Source: Pocillopora damicornis
Taxonomy: Eukaryota
DNA length: 64,000 nucleotides
Direction: 5' to 3'
Assembly: GCF_003704095.1 (NCBI RefSeq)
Contig: NW_020844806.1
Coordinates: 124,001-188,000 of the forward strand
In this document: positions 40,294-53,268 of the stretch, one piece after another
How positions within the stretch are numbered: the stretch's first letter is position 1
Layout of the letters: every line of letters begins with the position of its first letter
Translations under genes and position numbers: made by a program
The notes under the pieces: generated by a model
Told to the model about the DNA's origin: nothing
Databases searched by the model: none
Seen by the model: only the letters and a program-made list of their open reading frames with translations

Positions 40294-42982
40294 CATAACT
40301 CTTTAACCCCCTTCGACATTATAAATTACTGATTGGTTCCTAAATTGTTTGGAATCCACCCTCCAACAGCCAGTGAGAAGTTCGATGAAGTAAAGGTAAG
40401 TGTAACGGATTTTTCATTTTGAGCTCCGCTTTCAGGTTTGACCGTAATTTAAGTATCACCGAAAATTCCATGATACTTGGAGAAAATTATGATACTTCAG
40501 ATATGTTTTATCATTGGCAAAGAAACTGTACTATACGTAACAGATGCCATGTGATACTTGTTGTATTGCATGTAAACTTCCTTTTTATTACATGTCATTT
40601 AATAGCAATATGAAGCTTTACAAACAGACCAAAAAGCAAAAAAAAAAACTTTTGCAAACTGAAAAAAAAGAGAACGTTCTAAGAATGATTTTTAAGATCG
40701 ATCTTAAACTGTTTGTTCTGGAAAGCTCCAAATGCCTTCGATTCAAGGTTCGATCGTTTTTTTATTTATTTATTTATTTATTTTTTTTTATTTGCCGTTA
40801 AGCAATCGGTATAATGCCAGAAACCATCAGTTTATGTTCTCTAGTATGCTGTTAACTTATGTCTAAGGGTAAAATTAACTGGTCTTAATTTCATGTCCCT
40901 CCTCTTCAGAGATTCAAATTCTTTCCATGCAGGCCTTGGAATAGTGCTGTTTGTGATAATACAAACCATTTAGGTTTGATGCTTAGCATTCTTCATGTCA
41001 CCAAGCCCCATTAGGATAAACAAAGGCGCACTTAATTTCGTCCGCTTGCATTATTATCAAAAGTGCTCCATGACTGATCACAATGATAAGAGAGAGAAAC
41101 ACCCGCAGTTCATGAAAATGATTCATTTAATAATGACATTCAAACTCACACGTGGTTGAAAATGATACCCTTTCTATGACAAATGGTAGTTAGACTTACT
41201 CCTCTACATAGCGCAGGAAAAATAATTTTCGATTCTTATTTCATAATTTTCAGTATTTTCCAAAAGATCTTGAATTTCTTCCAAATCTGATGCTTCGCGC
41301 AGTGACGATCTGATACTGCTTTGCAGTTTCATAACGAAAGGCGGTGTTAAATTTTAGTAGTATTAAACTTTAAAAACTTCTTCAGTGAATTTGGCATAAA
41401 CAGTGCAAGAGATCAGAAAAGGAAAATCCTGCCCTGGAATCAACCGAAGCTGCGGAGAGTAAATGCATCCTCGGAGTGGCAACAGATAACTGATATTTTG
41501 AGGTGATAAGTCGCCAACATAGAAAAGCAAACTGTAACAGCAACATAGCATTTATTCTCCTCAGGAGAAAGAGCGCTTCGATCAAAACTAATCACAACAA
41601 ACAGTAAAGATTATAATGATAATCAAGAAACAAGTTATTGAAATTATTTACACAGAAACTCTCAAGCTAGTTAATATTGCTATCTTCTAAGAGTTACCCA
41701 AATTATCAAAGTTCGGGGTCGAACGCAATATACCCAGAGACCAACGGAATAATCTTATCAATGCCCTTGGGAAAATGGGTGTGTCAAAAACATAAAGAAG
41801 ACGTAATTAACGTCTTGTACAACGTCAAACTAATTCGAAGAGATTGCGTGAGACTCACAGAAACAGACAAATAAACCGGATTAAGGAAAATCTGTCTCTC
41901 TCTCCTACAAGGAGTATAAGAAAAGTTGATAACAACAATTAAAACTCTTTAGCAAACCACTAAAAATGGTTCAATGAAGGCAAACAAAAACCTGATGAAA
42001 CAACAATCATTAAAAAATATATATTCCTGGTGTCCAGTTTACGTATAGTTTTTTGCAAGCCTGCTTCAGACTTTTTCATGATCTGAACCCTATAAGTTAA
42101 TCAAATACATTTCGAGGTGGGCTTTGATTCAGACTCCCTGCAAGCATGTGTCACACTTCCGGTCAGCTGAACAAGAAGTATTCACGCGGATTTTAATGAA
42201 GGGGTACCTTACTCGGCCCTCTGTTTTTGTTCATTGGGTGGGCTCACTGTCGACAGTGCTAAGGCTACAGAATTTGTCTCCTGTTGAACTGTAACATCAG
42301 GTGAATTTTAAAGAACTTTGGCCATTATGCCGGCATTATGTTAGATGTTCTGACTATAACATTGTACCAATAATGCTTAACTTATCTAACCCTATCTGAA
42401 ACGGGCAGTAGACGCCATTATGCATTATGACGGAAATCAACAGCTGAGAATACACGTCACCCTAAAAACTTCCTGTCTCCCCTTATTAAGTCTCGTGTAT
42501 TTCAAACAGTTTCCTTCCATCGTGAATTACCTTGTTAGAACTAAAAACGATTGCTGCTTTTAAAACTGTGAGTCAAGTATTCTGGTTTACCTTCAATTTA
42601 CACGCGACGCGATCTTCGAAGTCGAACCTTATATTAATTTAAGGAAGAAAGTTGGTACAACATCATTCACTTTGGTATAGACACAAAGTTAAAAATGTAT
42701 ATTGATATAGATGCTTCATAGCTTAGCTGCGTCTTATGATCGACACGGGGAGTTAATTCTATTTTCGGAGAATTTCGATTTCGAAGATTGCATAAGGTAA
42801 CAGTGACTCACAGTCTAACAATATCACAACAGCAATTGTATTTACCATTTACTAAAGAGAGAATCCTTCATTACCTATGTCTAAATCTATTGAATCTCTG
42901 TCTTAAATAAGTAACATTCTTTAGAGCGTCTATAGAGAGAGAAATAAATCCAGATGTAGCCAGAGAATATTCTGGGAAATAT

Positions 42983-43381
42983 TTAAACGAAGTCGCTGCT
43001 TTGAATCCAACGCAACTTTGAAGTCAGTGTCGCGCATTTCTGTTCATAATCTTTTTTCTCGCTGATAACCTTTTTCAATTCTCCTTTTACTTTAGATATC
43101 TCCAGCTGAAGATCTTTATTTTCCTGGATGATATCCTTCTCTTTTGATGAGTTTTTCTTTCGACACTTCAGAGCGTACTTGCGATTCTTTAAGATTCGCC
43201 TTCGCTTTCGAACCTTTTGGACCAGACCTTGAGGAAGTTTGCGAAGTCGCCTGTTTAAAGCTTGAATAGACATCGTTTCAAGTTTCTCGTCACTCAATTT
43301 TGCGATTAGAGAAAGATAACTGGAACTTCCATGCTTGGATTTCTTGGCTTTATTCTGCTCAGACGTTTCTCCACGAACCAT
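42983..43381 (-). CDS. Maf-type bZIP transcription factor, class A (copy 1), single-exon CDS; start uncertain
   Basis: Extended homology region (EHR) LSDEKLETMSIQALNRRLRKLP, basic region KRRRILKNRKYALKCRKK, leucine zipper. First in-frame ATG is 43381; the frame stays open to 43525 without an ATG. Confidence 0.85.
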   Translation of the reverse strand: MVRGETSEQNKAKKSKHGSSSYLSLIAKLSDEKLETMSIQALNRRLRKLPQGLVQKVRKRRRILKNRKYALKCRKKNSSKEKDIIQENKDLQLEISKVKGELKKVISEKKDYEQKCATLTSKLRWIQSSDFV

Positions 43382-43595
43382 AATCCTTATGCCCGAGTAA
43401 GCTTTAAAGAGATCTATCGCATTCAATCCACTCTCTTCGCCGGTTAAAATTTCCTTCTCAAAACCGCACCGCTCTTTGGTTGACCTACCTTCGTTTAAGG
43501 AGTAAATCGGGAAAAGTGGAACCCTTCAATGGCCGTCGTTAGTTTGCCTTTATGTTTATGTCGCATGAAGAATCAAAACAAGAAAGAATACTTGT

Positions 43596-43639
43596 CCAAT
43601 CAGATTGCAAGTTAATGATTAAGGGTAAGGGGATTCCCC
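43596..43639 (-). promoter_or_regulatory. kB site + CCAAT box upstream of Maf copy 1
   Basis: GGGGATTCCCC 43629-43639; CCAATCAG 43596. Confidence 0.7.
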
Positions 43640-44067
43640 GTTCGGTTTATTTTAGTAAAGTGGAAACATATCGTCATAGTAAACAATTTTCGTTCGTATC
43701 CCTCGTTAACCGACTGAAGGTAGTTTTATTCCATCGACAATGAAACGAATAGTTAGGTATCAATAGAATGATTACCCAGAGTCTTAAGAACAGTTTCAGT
43801 CGCCGAACTTTTCAAGAGCTGAACTTTATAGACCGACGCAAATAACTGTCTTGCCAGCCGCTAACGTATCAAATGTTGACCTCGGTTAGCCGTTCCAGAG
43901 TCGTTTCTGACTCAGTTTCAGGACTTCGAGTGGTTTCAGGATGAAGCTGTTATCCTGACGTATGCCTTAACATCAACACACGACGATTTTGGCGAGTAAA
44001 TCAAAGCTGCGTCGAAGCCGTTGCTCAGACAAAATTCACAGCTTAGCCATGCGTTAAATACGGTTAA

Positions 44068-44270
44068 CCCTTTAACTCCCAGACCAAATTTGTCATTCTC
44101 CTTACTGTCAACCATACAATTCTTATAATGTTGGTTCAAATAATTTGGCATTGGATCAACTTATTATCCCCAAATTGATAGTTTTCTTTATTCTCATCAC
44201 TTGTCTGGTTGATATTGTATCGATATTGTAAGGAGACATTTTTCTTTGTCACTCATGGGAGTTATACTGG
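44068..44270. mobile_element. MITE with TTAA target duplication (piggyBac-like)
   Basis: TTAA-CCCTTTAACTCCCA ... TGGGAGTTATACTGG-TTAA (degenerate right TIR). Confidence 0.75.
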
Positions 44271-45655
44271 TTAAGCCTTTAAAATCGCCCTCTTAATCTA
44301 TTTAAATGCCAAACTCTTCATGTACAGATTTAAAGGATTTTTTCCCAGCAATTTCGGCAAATGAACATTATGATCATACCTACGGTTTATTACAGCTTAA
44401 GCGAGATGCTATCGAACTTAAGCGGTAGCTCTGGCTCCAAATCCTTACTTTCTATGTTTTATCATCACTTAGAAACCTAATGAGGAAAATGGAACGTAAG
44501 TTAAAATATTGAGTCGAAAAATTCTCCGGATTCTGAAATATTCGTTATTCGGGATGTTTTTGTCTATTACTCAGTCATTAAAGATTCAAAGGTCTCTCCG
44601 TTTCCTCATTCCACTTCAAGGTCTCTTGTGATTCTAATATTACAACCTAAGTAGATTTACGACAACATATCAAAGACGTCAGTTACTGATAACATGCATG
44701 AACATACATTAAATTCAGGACTCTCTTTCTTATACATGCGGTATCAAGAAGTAGAAGAGTTTGGACGGAATGGGGGATGGGTGGATAGGCATTTCTATTC
44801 AAAACTTCCCTTCCCTCCCCTCACCTGCGCCTTACACATTGCCGAGAGTAATTTTACAGAATCCGAGATTTTGACGGATTAGAATCTGACAACCAAATGC
44901 CTATTTTAATATCGGCTCTCCAGGAGAGTCTCTTTCAGTTTCGATAGATGATGTAGTCATTTTCAGTTTCTGTATCCGTGTAAACATGTTATTGGCCGGA
45001 AGTATGGAGCGGGGCTCCTTCGCTCAAGCAGTAGTGTAGACTGGTTGCTTCAAAAACGCTAGAAACAAAAGAAAGCTATTAATTATGTTGTGAAATCGAT
45101 GGCGCGTGGAAATCAGACACTCGCGCGTTTGAAGTGGCATATATCACTACTGTGTTTAACTCTTATTTGACGGGAGTGAATCAACACAGTGAGAAAATAC
45201 TGTGAAATACTGAAAATACACAGACAATTGCATTATAAAGAAAGGTTTTTAAGAAGGAGAGAACGTGAGTTGCGGAGGAAAAGTTTCTTCAAGTTTATTT
45301 CTTTTTTTTAACTTTTTATAATTTCTTTCCGTTCTCTATATCTATAAAGTTGACTGTTTAATGGACCATAAGCTTTATTTTAACCGCTTGACTCTCAATA
45401 TGTACGCATCTTACATCTTTACAGAAATGACTTTATTTAATCTTCTGATCAATCATATCTTTTACTTCTTTAGCAGATGCAAATTTTCCAGCTTTCTCGA
45501 ATTCCCCCTTCTTAGAATAGTTAAGATGTCTCTGAGGCTATGCATATGTTCTGCGAACGATTAGTCATTAAATACATTTAATTTTGACAAAAAAAGGTGC
45601 CATATGCATATTACAAACAATACATCTTCGCAAAAGCTAAATTTTATCACCCAAA

Positions 45656-46237
45656 TCAGGCATCTTTTCTCGGGATTACCATGCTCTGTTTAAACAGCGT
45701 AAAGGATTGTTGCAGCTCCATATATTTTTTCTTGTAAGTCTCTTTCTCTTTCAAAGCTCTCAGTAATGACCATCTTCCATCTTCCACTTGTTTTCTCAGC
45801 GAAGTGTTCTCGTTGATAAGATCTTCCTGTTCTTGCTGTTTTCGAAGACGGCAAGTCAGGGCGTAACCCCGGTTTTTTAAGTTGCGTCTTCGTTTTCTTA
45901 TCTTCTTGGCCTCGTCCCAAGGAACATTTCGCAGAAACCTGTTCAATTCTTGCACCCGCATGTTCGCAATTTCTTCGTCGTTCAATATTTTAACATCTTT
46001 AGGAATCGATTCATCGTCCGATGACTCTGAGGTCGTGTTGTCATCGTCCTGGTGTACTTCTTGGCTTGTCTCTCCGTCGAAAAGATCTTGAATATCGCGA
46101 CTGTCATCTCTGTCGGCCATTTCGCTGCTCTTCTTCGCAGATGAAACGTTTCCAACAACCCACGAACAGCTGAAAGGAAGATCTGTTTCTTCACTGGCGA
46201 GAAACAAATCTGGAAAATCCATAGAATCTTCCTCCAT
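45656..46237 (-). CDS. Maf-type bZIP transcription factor, class B (copy 2), single-exon CDS, 193 aa
   Basis: Acidic N-terminus with DIQDLFDGET; EHR LNDEEIANMRVQELNRFLR; basic region KRRRNLKNRGYALTCRLRK; zipper; ACCATGG Kozak context. Confidence 0.93.
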   Translation of the reverse strand: MEEDSMDFPDLFLASEETDLPFSCSWVVGNVSSAKKSSEMADRDDSRDIQDLFDGETSQEVHQDDDNTTSESSDDESIPKDVKILNDEEIANMRVQELNRFLRNVPWDEAKKIRKRRRNLKNRGYALTCRLRKQQEQEDLINENTSLRKQVEDGRWSLLRALKEKETYKKKYMELQQSFTLFKQSMVIPRKDA

Positions 46238-46369
46238 GGTTAAACGTGAATCTGTAGGTATTAAGTTTGGCTGAAGCTGTAATATCTCAACAGTTTACAT
46301 AATCAAAAGAAAGATGGCGATGTTCCGGCAAAAAGCCGTAATGTAATACATACGAGTGAACTACTTAAG

Positions 46370-46464
46370 CCAATCAGATACCTACGATATTACATTTTGA
46401 TAAAGGGGAATCCCCTAACGCTATTCCAGGAAATTCTCGAATGGCTTTCCATGTATTCCGAGAA
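46370..46464 (-). promoter_or_regulatory. CCAAT + kB + HSE/GAS-like elements upstream of Maf copy 2
   Basis: CCAATCAG 46370; GGGGAATCCCC 46405-46415; TTCcaGGAaaTTCtcGAA 46424-46441; TTCCGAGAA 46456-46464. Confidence 0.7.
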
Positions 46465-49400
46465 TAAATCAAATTAATTAGCATACTGATTTTCCCTAAG
46501 TGTATGTTTCTTTCTACTTGACTTGTTCCGGAGGCATCGTTTCTTCATCATAAGGATGAAAGAAACGAATTTCTCACTAAAGTTTATTGCCTGCGACAGG
46601 AGCCCATCGCCCAGGAGCCTACGACTGTTACCGCACGAAGTCATCTTTTTAAAGGAAATGGTTGTCATGGTTTTAGCATACAATCCAAGGAATAACTTCT
46701 AATCAAGTGAAGTGAAGTGATTGGTTCAAGAAACGGGAAAGGGGCATTCAATTTCAAATCATGTATCGACTCGAGAGTGAGGCAGATAATTGCGCAGCAG
46801 CCCGACGACATTGAGACATTTTGTTTCATCATTCATCATTAACATTTCATTTATGTAAAAATAAAACAGGAAAAATTTAATAAAAAATATACGAGGTGTA
46901 GAAAATAGTTAAAAAACACAATTAAGATAGACTCACTTACTTTTTGGCAGTTGGATGGTAAGTTACTTCTTAGTATTTGTGGTGCATGCGCCGCCGCGGT
47001 CAAGTTTACTTAACCAAGTTGGTTTCCTGTTTTTAACGGCTGTTGCTTGGGATTAAATATCTCTATTTCGGTTCAAGCTGAGCTGGCCGGAAAACATGAG
47101 CCATGTTTGTCTCTATATTTGCCATGAGTAGTAGGAGGAGCTCAGTGAGACGAGATCGACCACAGCCAAAAAGTAAAAAGTACCAGCAATGGCCGGGTAT
47201 CAAATATAATCAATCGCAATGAACAAAACAATGAAACAACAATTGATGGTACCACGAACCTTTTTGAAAATTTTATTTCGAAACAGCCAGTTTTTGGCCA
47301 AAGGGGACAAAATTCAAGAGGACTCTTCAAGAAGCAACGTGATCACGATGCAATAGGCTACAAATACTTTACTAATGTACTAATGTCGTCAGTTACTTTT
47401 TGTTTTTCCCTTNNNNNNNNNNTTTCGCCATCACGTAAAGGTGCCATATCATTTTCAAAGTCAGGTTATCAATGTATCAAAATTGATTTGTTTTTATAAA
47501 AGACTGAGTGATCAGAATCACAGTGACCTTGATGTGTAGGTTATGATCACAGTTGAGGGATCTTTCCTTTCACTCCAAGTGACTGTTTTGACCTTAAACT
47601 CTGTAAACAGGAGAACACCAAGGAAGTGTTAGAAAATTGTAAGCCGAGTCAAGGATTGCAAATAAAATTTGAAAAGATAAAAAAAGACGCTGTTTCATAT
47701 CGCCGGCAACAGTCGAAAAGAAATAAACTCGTAATAACGTTTAGTGTAAAACTTGATAATAAAAATTCGATCGAGCATTGTACCAAATATCATGAAGTAA
47801 TGCCAGATGAAAGATTTTATAATTCAATGTCTGAAACAAAATCCTCAGCGCAGATCGAGACGAATTATGGTGTTTTCGTTTTAGCTGGTATCAGTATCGT
47901 TTACTCTCATTCTCTCTTTAGTCAAGTGGTAAGGTTCATGTATAATCCCGTGATCAGGAAGTGTGAATTTAATCAAGTTGTCGATGAGATATGATAAGTA
48001 ATCAGACCGTTACGTGTCTGATTTAGCATTTTATCAACAACGGTAAATGAACAGGAACGTACTGTAGGGAAGAAGTGTCAGCTAATAATATAATGTCATG
48101 GCTATTTTCCGCAAGTTTCATGGAGTTTAGCAGTTCTGCTTAGTTGTCTGATTTTACAAAATTATTGAGATACCACTAGTGCCCTAATTGGTCAAAGTCC
48201 TATCCTTTATTGCACCGGTTAGCCCATAGAAAATTTAAGTTTATATTGTGAAAGCAATAGGCGTACTAGGCCACGTGGGAAGTTGGGAAAACGCTTAAAA
48301 AGTTTGAACATCACCCGTCTCCGGCTCGTAATTAACAAATTCTTCTCGTGTTTTGTCAGCATGTAGCGTGAGTTATTACGCCAATAGAAAGTGAGGTCTA
48401 TATGTTTAATGACTAGACAATTACAACTTAAGTAGAAATAAGGTTGATAATGAATGCAAATTTTTTCAACGCACATTAATTTCTGGCTCGTGATTAATGA
48501 CGCATTACAAGTTTCCGGTGCGCTTGACAAGGCTGCCTTAATTACTTTTGAATAACAACATTCCTTGAATTCTAGGGGTGATGAACTCTTTCCAGATAAC
48601 GTTAGAAAGGGAAAAATATTTCCTTAAAGTAGCTATTCGTCAAGATAAACTAAAGTGAAACAATGGGTTTTTACTTTTGAAAAACAGTTCAAAACTTAGA
48701 TGTTCGGACTGATTATCGCGATAGATGGAAATAAACAATTGTCCTTGGAAGAAATTGAATTTACAAAAATAATAATTTCTTTTCTTCTTTCGCATCACTC
48801 TGGTAATTAATTATATCTCTATAGCTTATTATTTTTAACTTCTTTTTTGCTTTTGAGGCCGGGAATAATCAAGCAAAGGGTTTAACTTCGAGAAAAGTGG
48901 TAAAATGTGTTTTTCAGAATAAACTGGCGAGTTTGCGTGACACAGTTTGAATGTCGCTATGTTAACAATGGGTAACGGTGTCCATATTTATATATATATA
49001 TCCATAAGATTCATTTTAGATGAGGAAACGAGCTTTTAATATTTGTATAAAATCTAAACCTGAACTCGTCTTGTGACCCCATATTCCTTTCAGCTGTCAC
49101 TCGTGACTATCACGCCTCGAATGGTTTATGTTCCCTGATGTCACGCACGTCTCCTGCTTATCTCAATAACAAAATGGTCACATGTTTGTTTAACAAAGGC
49201 ATTTTATTTCGACCTCCACTTTAGGGAGCAAAATAGATTCGAATAAAAAAAATCCTGTTGATTGTGATGACTAAAGGTACGAAACGAGTTGACGTTCTGT
49301 ACGGGAAATTCACACAATTATGGACGAAATACACCGCGATGATCGCATGCAAAGATTCCACGAACCCAGTTCGAGTTCCTCGAAAGCCGCGTGCGATGAG

Positions 49401-50496
49401 GTTTAAGGAGTGGCTAACACGCAGTCTTTTTAAGCGAGGTTTTCCATTCATCCCTTTCTGCTGTAAAGGAATACTTACGGATTTTCAAAACACATTTAGT
49501 TTGAAATATTTGAAGTACTGTCAGCGTACTTGGTGCGAATAAAATGTATCAGTTCGTATCTATATTTTCGTTTCAACGACTCTCGACTCTCTCCATTTCA
49601 ATTCCACCAGACCCTATGATGAAATAGGGTGCAATTACGGATAATTATGTATTTTTTGCTATCAAAAGGCAATATACACATAAGCAATGAAAGAAACATG
49701 AATTAATACCGCTTCTTCAACTGCTAAGTGTAAAAAAATAAACACCCATACAATCTGAACTTAACATGTTATAATTTATTCCGCAGATAACACTTATCAA
49801 TTACATGTATTTCTCATCTTTTGGCGGAATCATTAATTACAATTTCTTTCGTAAAGTTAAAATAGACCACCACAGATTTAAATAGCTATTTTTGGTAGCA
49901 ACACGACAAAATTTCCGTGGAATTTGATAACATTTAACTGAATTGAATTTATCAACAACTGGACAACTGTAGCATGTCAGGGTTCCAAAATATAGTCAAT
50001 GTACACAATTCATACATCTAAATCAATCTGACTGGCTACTTATTCATCAAAAGTATCCAAAGACTTTACAATTTCTTTACCATAATACATTACTCAATAT
50101 GCTACTGAGCTTTGTGAACGCCACAACCACTCTAAACTGACAAATATTCAAAATATATTATATTCAGCGGTTTATGACCGATAGAATAAATGGAAAGCAA
50201 GGTTTCGTAAAAGATGAAGATCATTCAATTATATTAAAAACTTCTGAGAAACAGCTCTACCTTTGCCTCGATATACTTTAAGCGAGACTCGTTGCGCGAC
50301 GAAGGGTCTAGTAAAGTTCAATGTCACTAACATAACTAACGTTCGCTGCGTAAATCCTTGAGCGTGGGTTCTTGGACTTTGCGAAATTCTAATTACAGTC
50401 AGCTAAGTTACTTTCGTGATCATGTCATCCACAATATAAGTGCATGGAATGGAAATGTGTTCATGAATGTGGCCTCAAAGCCATTATTACCGATAA

Positions 50497-51057
50497 TCAC
50501 GAAGACAAGTGCCGCTTACGGCTCGAAAGCAATGCGTGGAGTTGTTCATATTTCTTCTTAAACATATCTCTGTCTCTCAAAGTATTGTAAAGGTTTTCCT
50601 TCGCTTCTTTCAACTCCAATTTCAATCGCTTGTTTTGCTGTTCGAGGCTTTCTTTCAGTGCCGTGCGCCTTTGTCGACAGAGTGTAGCATAGCCACGATT
50701 CTTCAGGCTTCTCCTCCGTTTTCTAATTTGCTTCGCCTCCGCTTTTGGCAAATTCTTCAACTGCTGGTTCAGAAGTCTTATAGAGATACTAATCAATTCG
50801 TCGTCGGTAAAGGGTTGGTTTTTGCCAACTTGCAAATCCAGTGGGCTCTGAGGCTCGCTACTGGCGATTGATTCGGTCTCGAAGTTGTCCAAATCTAGTC
50901 TTGTTTGCAACAAAACATTCTCGAAGTTATCTTCGCCAACCAGATCTCCCAGTCTATGGTTGTGTGACCAATCTGGACCGCAAACATCGCTCGAGAAATC
51001 CCTCTCCAAAATTTCGTCCATCGGGGACATTTCTGGGAAAAACTCGCTGTAATCCAT
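50497..51057 (-). CDS. Maf-type bZIP transcription factor, class C (copy 3), single-exon CDS, ~186 aa
   Basis: Likely start MDYSEFF (51057, AACATGG); acidic N-terminus; EHR FTDDELISISIRLLNQQLKNLP; basic region KRRRSLKNRGYATLCRQRR; zipper. Confidence 0.9.
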   Translation of the reverse strand: MDYSEFFPEMSPMDEILERDFSSDVCGPDWSHNHRLGDLVGEDNFENVLLQTRLDLDNFETESIASSEPQSPLDLQVGKNQPFTDDELISISIRLLNQQLKNLPKAEAKQIRKRRRSLKNRGYATLCRQRRTALKESLEQQNKRLKLELKEAKENLYNTLRDRDMFKKKYEQLHALLSSRKRHLSS

Positions 51058-51150
51058 GTTAGCAAAATGGGAATCTAACCAAAAATGAGACACATGATGG
51101 TACGATTTCTCATCAAAACTCAGCTCCATACGGGGTTGCTTGATTTTCGT

Positions 51151-51215
51151 CCAATCATATTGCGTGATTTGACTACATCTCACCTGCCTGTCAATCATGA
51201 AAACGGGGAATCCCC
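51151..51215 (-). promoter_or_regulatory. CCAAT + kB upstream of Maf copy 3
   Basis: CCAATCAT 51151; GGGGAATCCCCTAAC from 51205, the same 15-mer as at copy 2. Confidence 0.7.
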
Positions 51216-51393
51216 TAACAGTTTCTAAGCTTCTCAGCTGAAATGTCCAAGCACGTATTAGCTTTTGCAAGGTAAAATAGATCTTGGAACCTTTAAAAAT
51301 TGTTTCTTGTCCCCTGAAAACGTCCGAAAAACATTCCCTCACCGGAAAAAACAAAACTTTTGCGATTTTTTTTTCAGATCTAAAAAAAATATC

Positions 51394-53144
51394 ATTACGT
51401 CATATGTAATATTCTTACAATTCTTTGGTTTTCGTTCGGTTTTCAACCTGAATAAAATTTTCGTGGGCAATTAAGAATTTCTTTCTCGAAGAACAGTTCT
51501 AATGTTTCAGAAAACGTCGCGCAGAATGCGTGTTTCGTATTTCACTGGCCACAGCTGTTTGTTTATCGTACAGGTTCCACCTTAAAAGAGAAGGGAAAGT
51601 CCCTTGCCCTCTGAGGGTCAAAACAATGAAAAGCAGGTATGAAAAATATGCAGCGAACTCATCCTATCGAAATTGTGAAATCGGTAAACTGTAACATGTG
51701 AAGTATAAAGAAATTGATTTCTTCGCGTGGAAAATCTTTTAGGAAAAGGAGAAAATTGATTTTTACATCAAAGATCCCAGAGGGCGGTTGATCAGAGACT
51801 TTTAAGTGTCACGCATTCCAAAAAGGGAAAAACCCCTTCGGAAATGAAACAAAACCGCCGACTTAATGTCAGATGCAAATTTTCACTTTCGAAACTGAAA
51901 GTAAATTTCCCTGATTCCATTGCCCGTAATATTTATTTCTATTTTGGCGATTTGGCCTATAAACATTGTGCTTTTGATCATTTAGTTCAAAACCATATTT
52001 ATATTGCCAAATCTTAGCCACCATTTTCGCTCTATCGAGACTTTCATTTCAATTGCCTTGAGTAGGGAAATTTCCCTTAACCTCTGGGGGTCAACATAAT
52101 CTGAATTGCGACATGCACTGATGTTGCTATAAAATTTCGATCGTCACTGCTGTGAATTCTTATTTTTCAATTTTATTTAAATATATTTTAAAACATGGAG
52201 AGAAGGACCGGGGAAGGAGAGAAAGTAATTACTACTTTCTCCTTTCAATGTTCATCACTTTATATTAAAAACATGTCGGGCGAAGAAAAGATCGATTTAT
52301 TTAGGGGTCAATATTTATCTGCTGTCTTGTGTTTTCATCTTACTATGATCCAAAAATTATGCAGAAGTTGCATACTGTCTCGTTATGAAGGAAAGAACAG
52401 GATCTTAGCTGAAAAATAAAAATCTCCGTTACTCAGGCAGCAAAAAATAGACATAAAACTCTTGAATGATATATAAGTTTACAATCGCTATTACAGCTAT
52501 GAGTATTTTACATTACGACGTGACGTCTTTGGTCAGTATATTGGTATTAGATCGGCAAGGAAGAAACAAGATAAATCACTGTATTAAAAGTTGACTTCTG
52601 GGGATCAAAATCGACTCGTTAAGCGAATATTGGAAGCATGTTTAATGCTCAGCTAATCTATTATGCATGCGCAAAGAACGAAAACATTCAGAAAGGGAAA
52701 CTCCCTGCTGTTGTTTCCACAAGTAGAGGTCATTAATAGATCGAAATTAGTTTCGATTCTGGGACAAGCAGAGAGTTATTAAAACGGAGATGGGAAAAGA
52801 AAAATAATATATTGAAAAACGCAACATTTAGTTACTAGTGCAAGCCGGGTAAACACAAGTCAATCGAAGCTTCTCTTTCGTGAGGGTTTAGCCCTTCATC
52901 AGCGCCAAATACGATCATAGATGATAAACTCTATCGAGCTTTATTATTAGGTAGCATGAAGTGTATTGCATCACCAAAGAATCATAAAATATATTAGGAA
53001 AAAAGGCTCTCAGATGCGTTCGTGCTGCATTCATTTCGATCTCTCTTTGTAAAAAATAAATACATCTACCGACTGAAACAAAACCGAAAACAGACGCTAT
53101 CATTGGCCGAACTGATTAACTTGGATGAAAGCATGGGATTTCCC
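51394..53144. promoter_or_regulatory. Divergent control region with clustered kB, IRF and bZIP motifs
   Basis: GGAAAGTCCC 51594-51603 (reverse complement of GGGACTTTCC), GGGAAAAACCC 51825, TTTCACTTTCGAAACTGAAAGT 51881-51902, GGGAAATTTCCC 52065-52076, GGGAAACTCCC 52695-52705, ATTGCATCA 52965-52973, GGGATTTCCC 53135-53144, ATTACGTCAT 51394-51403. Confidence 0.65.
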
Positions 53145-53268
53145 TAGTATCGTTTGTGTTTGAGAGGTACTTTCCCGCTCTGGGCGTCTTTAATGAAACC
53201 AAACCTTTGCCCTCTGTTGCATTGCTTTTATACTGAATAGCATATAGTCTGTCGATCGCAAATTTGTC

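Noticed and set aside
43907-43915. CTGACTCAG as an autoregulatory MARE
   Set aside because: AP-1 core only; lacks the TGC/GCA flanks that define Maf recognition.
51058-51354. N-terminal extension of the 285-aa ORF for Maf copy 3
   Set aside because: Starts at a non-ATG codon and runs through the kB/CCAAT promoter; paralog lengths and spacing favour ATG 51057, though ATG 51129 is not excluded.
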